From a virus (taxonomy: Duplodnaviria > Caudoviricetes), in IMG/VR virus record IMGVR_UViG_3300049137_000147, positions 1 through 34,688 of that record: a DNA stretch of 34,688 bases. The stretch is one strand, 5' to 3'. The position numbers and the translations under genes were made by a program. The notes below the pieces were generated by a model that saw nothing but the letters and a program-made list of their open reading frames with translations, did no database searches and was not told the origin of the DNA. Below, piece by piece: positions 33,810 through 34,688 of the stretch (position 1 is the stretch's first letter; every line of letters starts with the position of its first letter).

Positions 33810-34663
33810 CGGAGCAGGTGAAGTCGAGCGAGCAGCTGCGCAGGGAGTGGCTGGACCACCCGCATTTCCGGTATCGGGGGTGCGCGCCGGATGCGGATGA
33901 CCCGTCGCGGATGGCGGGGGACCCGAGCTTGCCGGTGGGTGCGCATCACGGTCCAGACGCGTTCGTGGCGGAGGGGCAGAAGGAGCGTCGTGCCCGTGAG
34001 GCCGCTGCGGTGGAGGTGTGCGTGTCGTGCCCGGTGATGGTGGCGTGTGATCTGTACGCGTCGTCGGTGCGGGCGGACGGCAAGTTGGCGGAGCCGGATG
34101 GTGTGTGGGGTGGCCGTCCGGCGTTGGAGCGGCATAAGGCGCTCATCGCGGCGCGGCATGCGGTGCCGGCGGCGTCGGGGCGCCGGTTCGAGACGCCTCA
34201 GAAGCAGGCCGTGCTGAGGGCGTTGGCGGTGTGCTGGGATCCGTTCGAGGTTGCGGCCGCGGCCGGGGTGGACGTCAGGACGGCGAACTGGCAGCGCTCC
34301 AGCCTGGTGCGCTTGCTGGGGCTGCCGAAGGACGCGTCGCGGATGCGGGCTCTGGCCGCGGCCCGGGAGCGGGGCCTGCTGGACGGTGTGGACTTGGTGG
34401 TCGATGACGGGTCGGTGCCGGCGGTGCCGCCGCCGACGCCGACGAAGCCCGCCGCCCTGGCCGCAGCGGCCGCCGTCGACCGTCCGGCGGTTCTGTCGGT
34501 GGAGCGCACGCCGGAGGCCCTGCCTCGCGCGGTGAGGCAGCGGCGGAGGCGGGTCACCGCAGTCCGCGGCCAGCTGCCCCTTCCCTTCTTCGACGATCCG
34601 GCGCCGGCCGCGACCGTCACCCCCCTGTACTCGTCCACTCGCCGCCTGGAGGCCGCAGCATGA
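33806..34663 (+). CDS. WhiB-family Fe-S regulator fused to a LuxR-like HTH
   Basis: C...CVSC.....C and GVWGG, followed by TPQKQAVLRALA...EVAAAAGVDVRTANWQRSSLVRLLGL...ARERGLL. Confidence 0.8.
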   Translation: MTEQVKSSEQLRREWLDHPHFRYRGCAPDADDPSRMAGDPSLPVGAHHGPDAFVAEGQKERRAREAAAVEVCVSCPVMVACDLYASSVRADGKLAEPDGVWGGRPALERHKALIAARHAVPAASGRRFETPQKQAVLRALAVCWDPFEVAAAAGVDVRTANWQRSSLVRLLGLPKDASRMRALAAARERGLLDGVDLVVDDGSVPAVPPPTPTKPAALAAAAAVDRPAVLSVERTPEALPRAVRQRRRRVTAVRGQLPLPFFDDPAPAATVTPLYSSTRRLEAAA

Positions 34664-34688
34664 CCACCCACCCCAACACCACCCCCGC
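34660..34688 (+). CDS. Start of next ORF (truncated by window)
   Basis: ATGA overlap; MTTHPNTTP... Confidence 0.45.

Noticed and set aside
1-34688. tRNA/rRNA genes, IS elements, attL/attR host junction
   Set aside because: None recognisable by eye; the window appears phage-derived throughout.

Overview
GC-rich actinobacterial (Streptomyces-like) siphovirus-type phage or prophage segment. About 1-20,100 (+) is the late operon: scaffold end, head decoration, major capsid, head-tail genes, major tail, -1 frameshifted tail chaperones, tape measure, tail tip and fibre, and a lysis cassette. About 20,200-29,900 is an accessory region: an intein-containing ThyX, a leftward array of six small ORFs joined by a repeated stop/RBS linker, a Cre-like tyrosine recombinase with a loxP-like palindrome upstream, a convergent degenerate Xer-like protein beside an inverted repeat, a 36-aa cationic peptide, a DUF6011-like ORF and a stand-alone WYL protein. 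About 29,950-34,688 (+) is an early operon: tandem RHH regulator, Rad52/Sak-like annealase, C5 methyltransferase and a WhiB-LuxR fusion. The most striking unexplained signals are (1) three copies of a covarying twin-hairpin RNA motif in front of the capsid, major tail and lysis units, (2) the linker-joined gene-cassette array and (3) the lox/Cre-like module, which suggests a phage-plasmid lifestyle. All calls were made by eye from sequence motifs and synteny; no database searches or computations were run.
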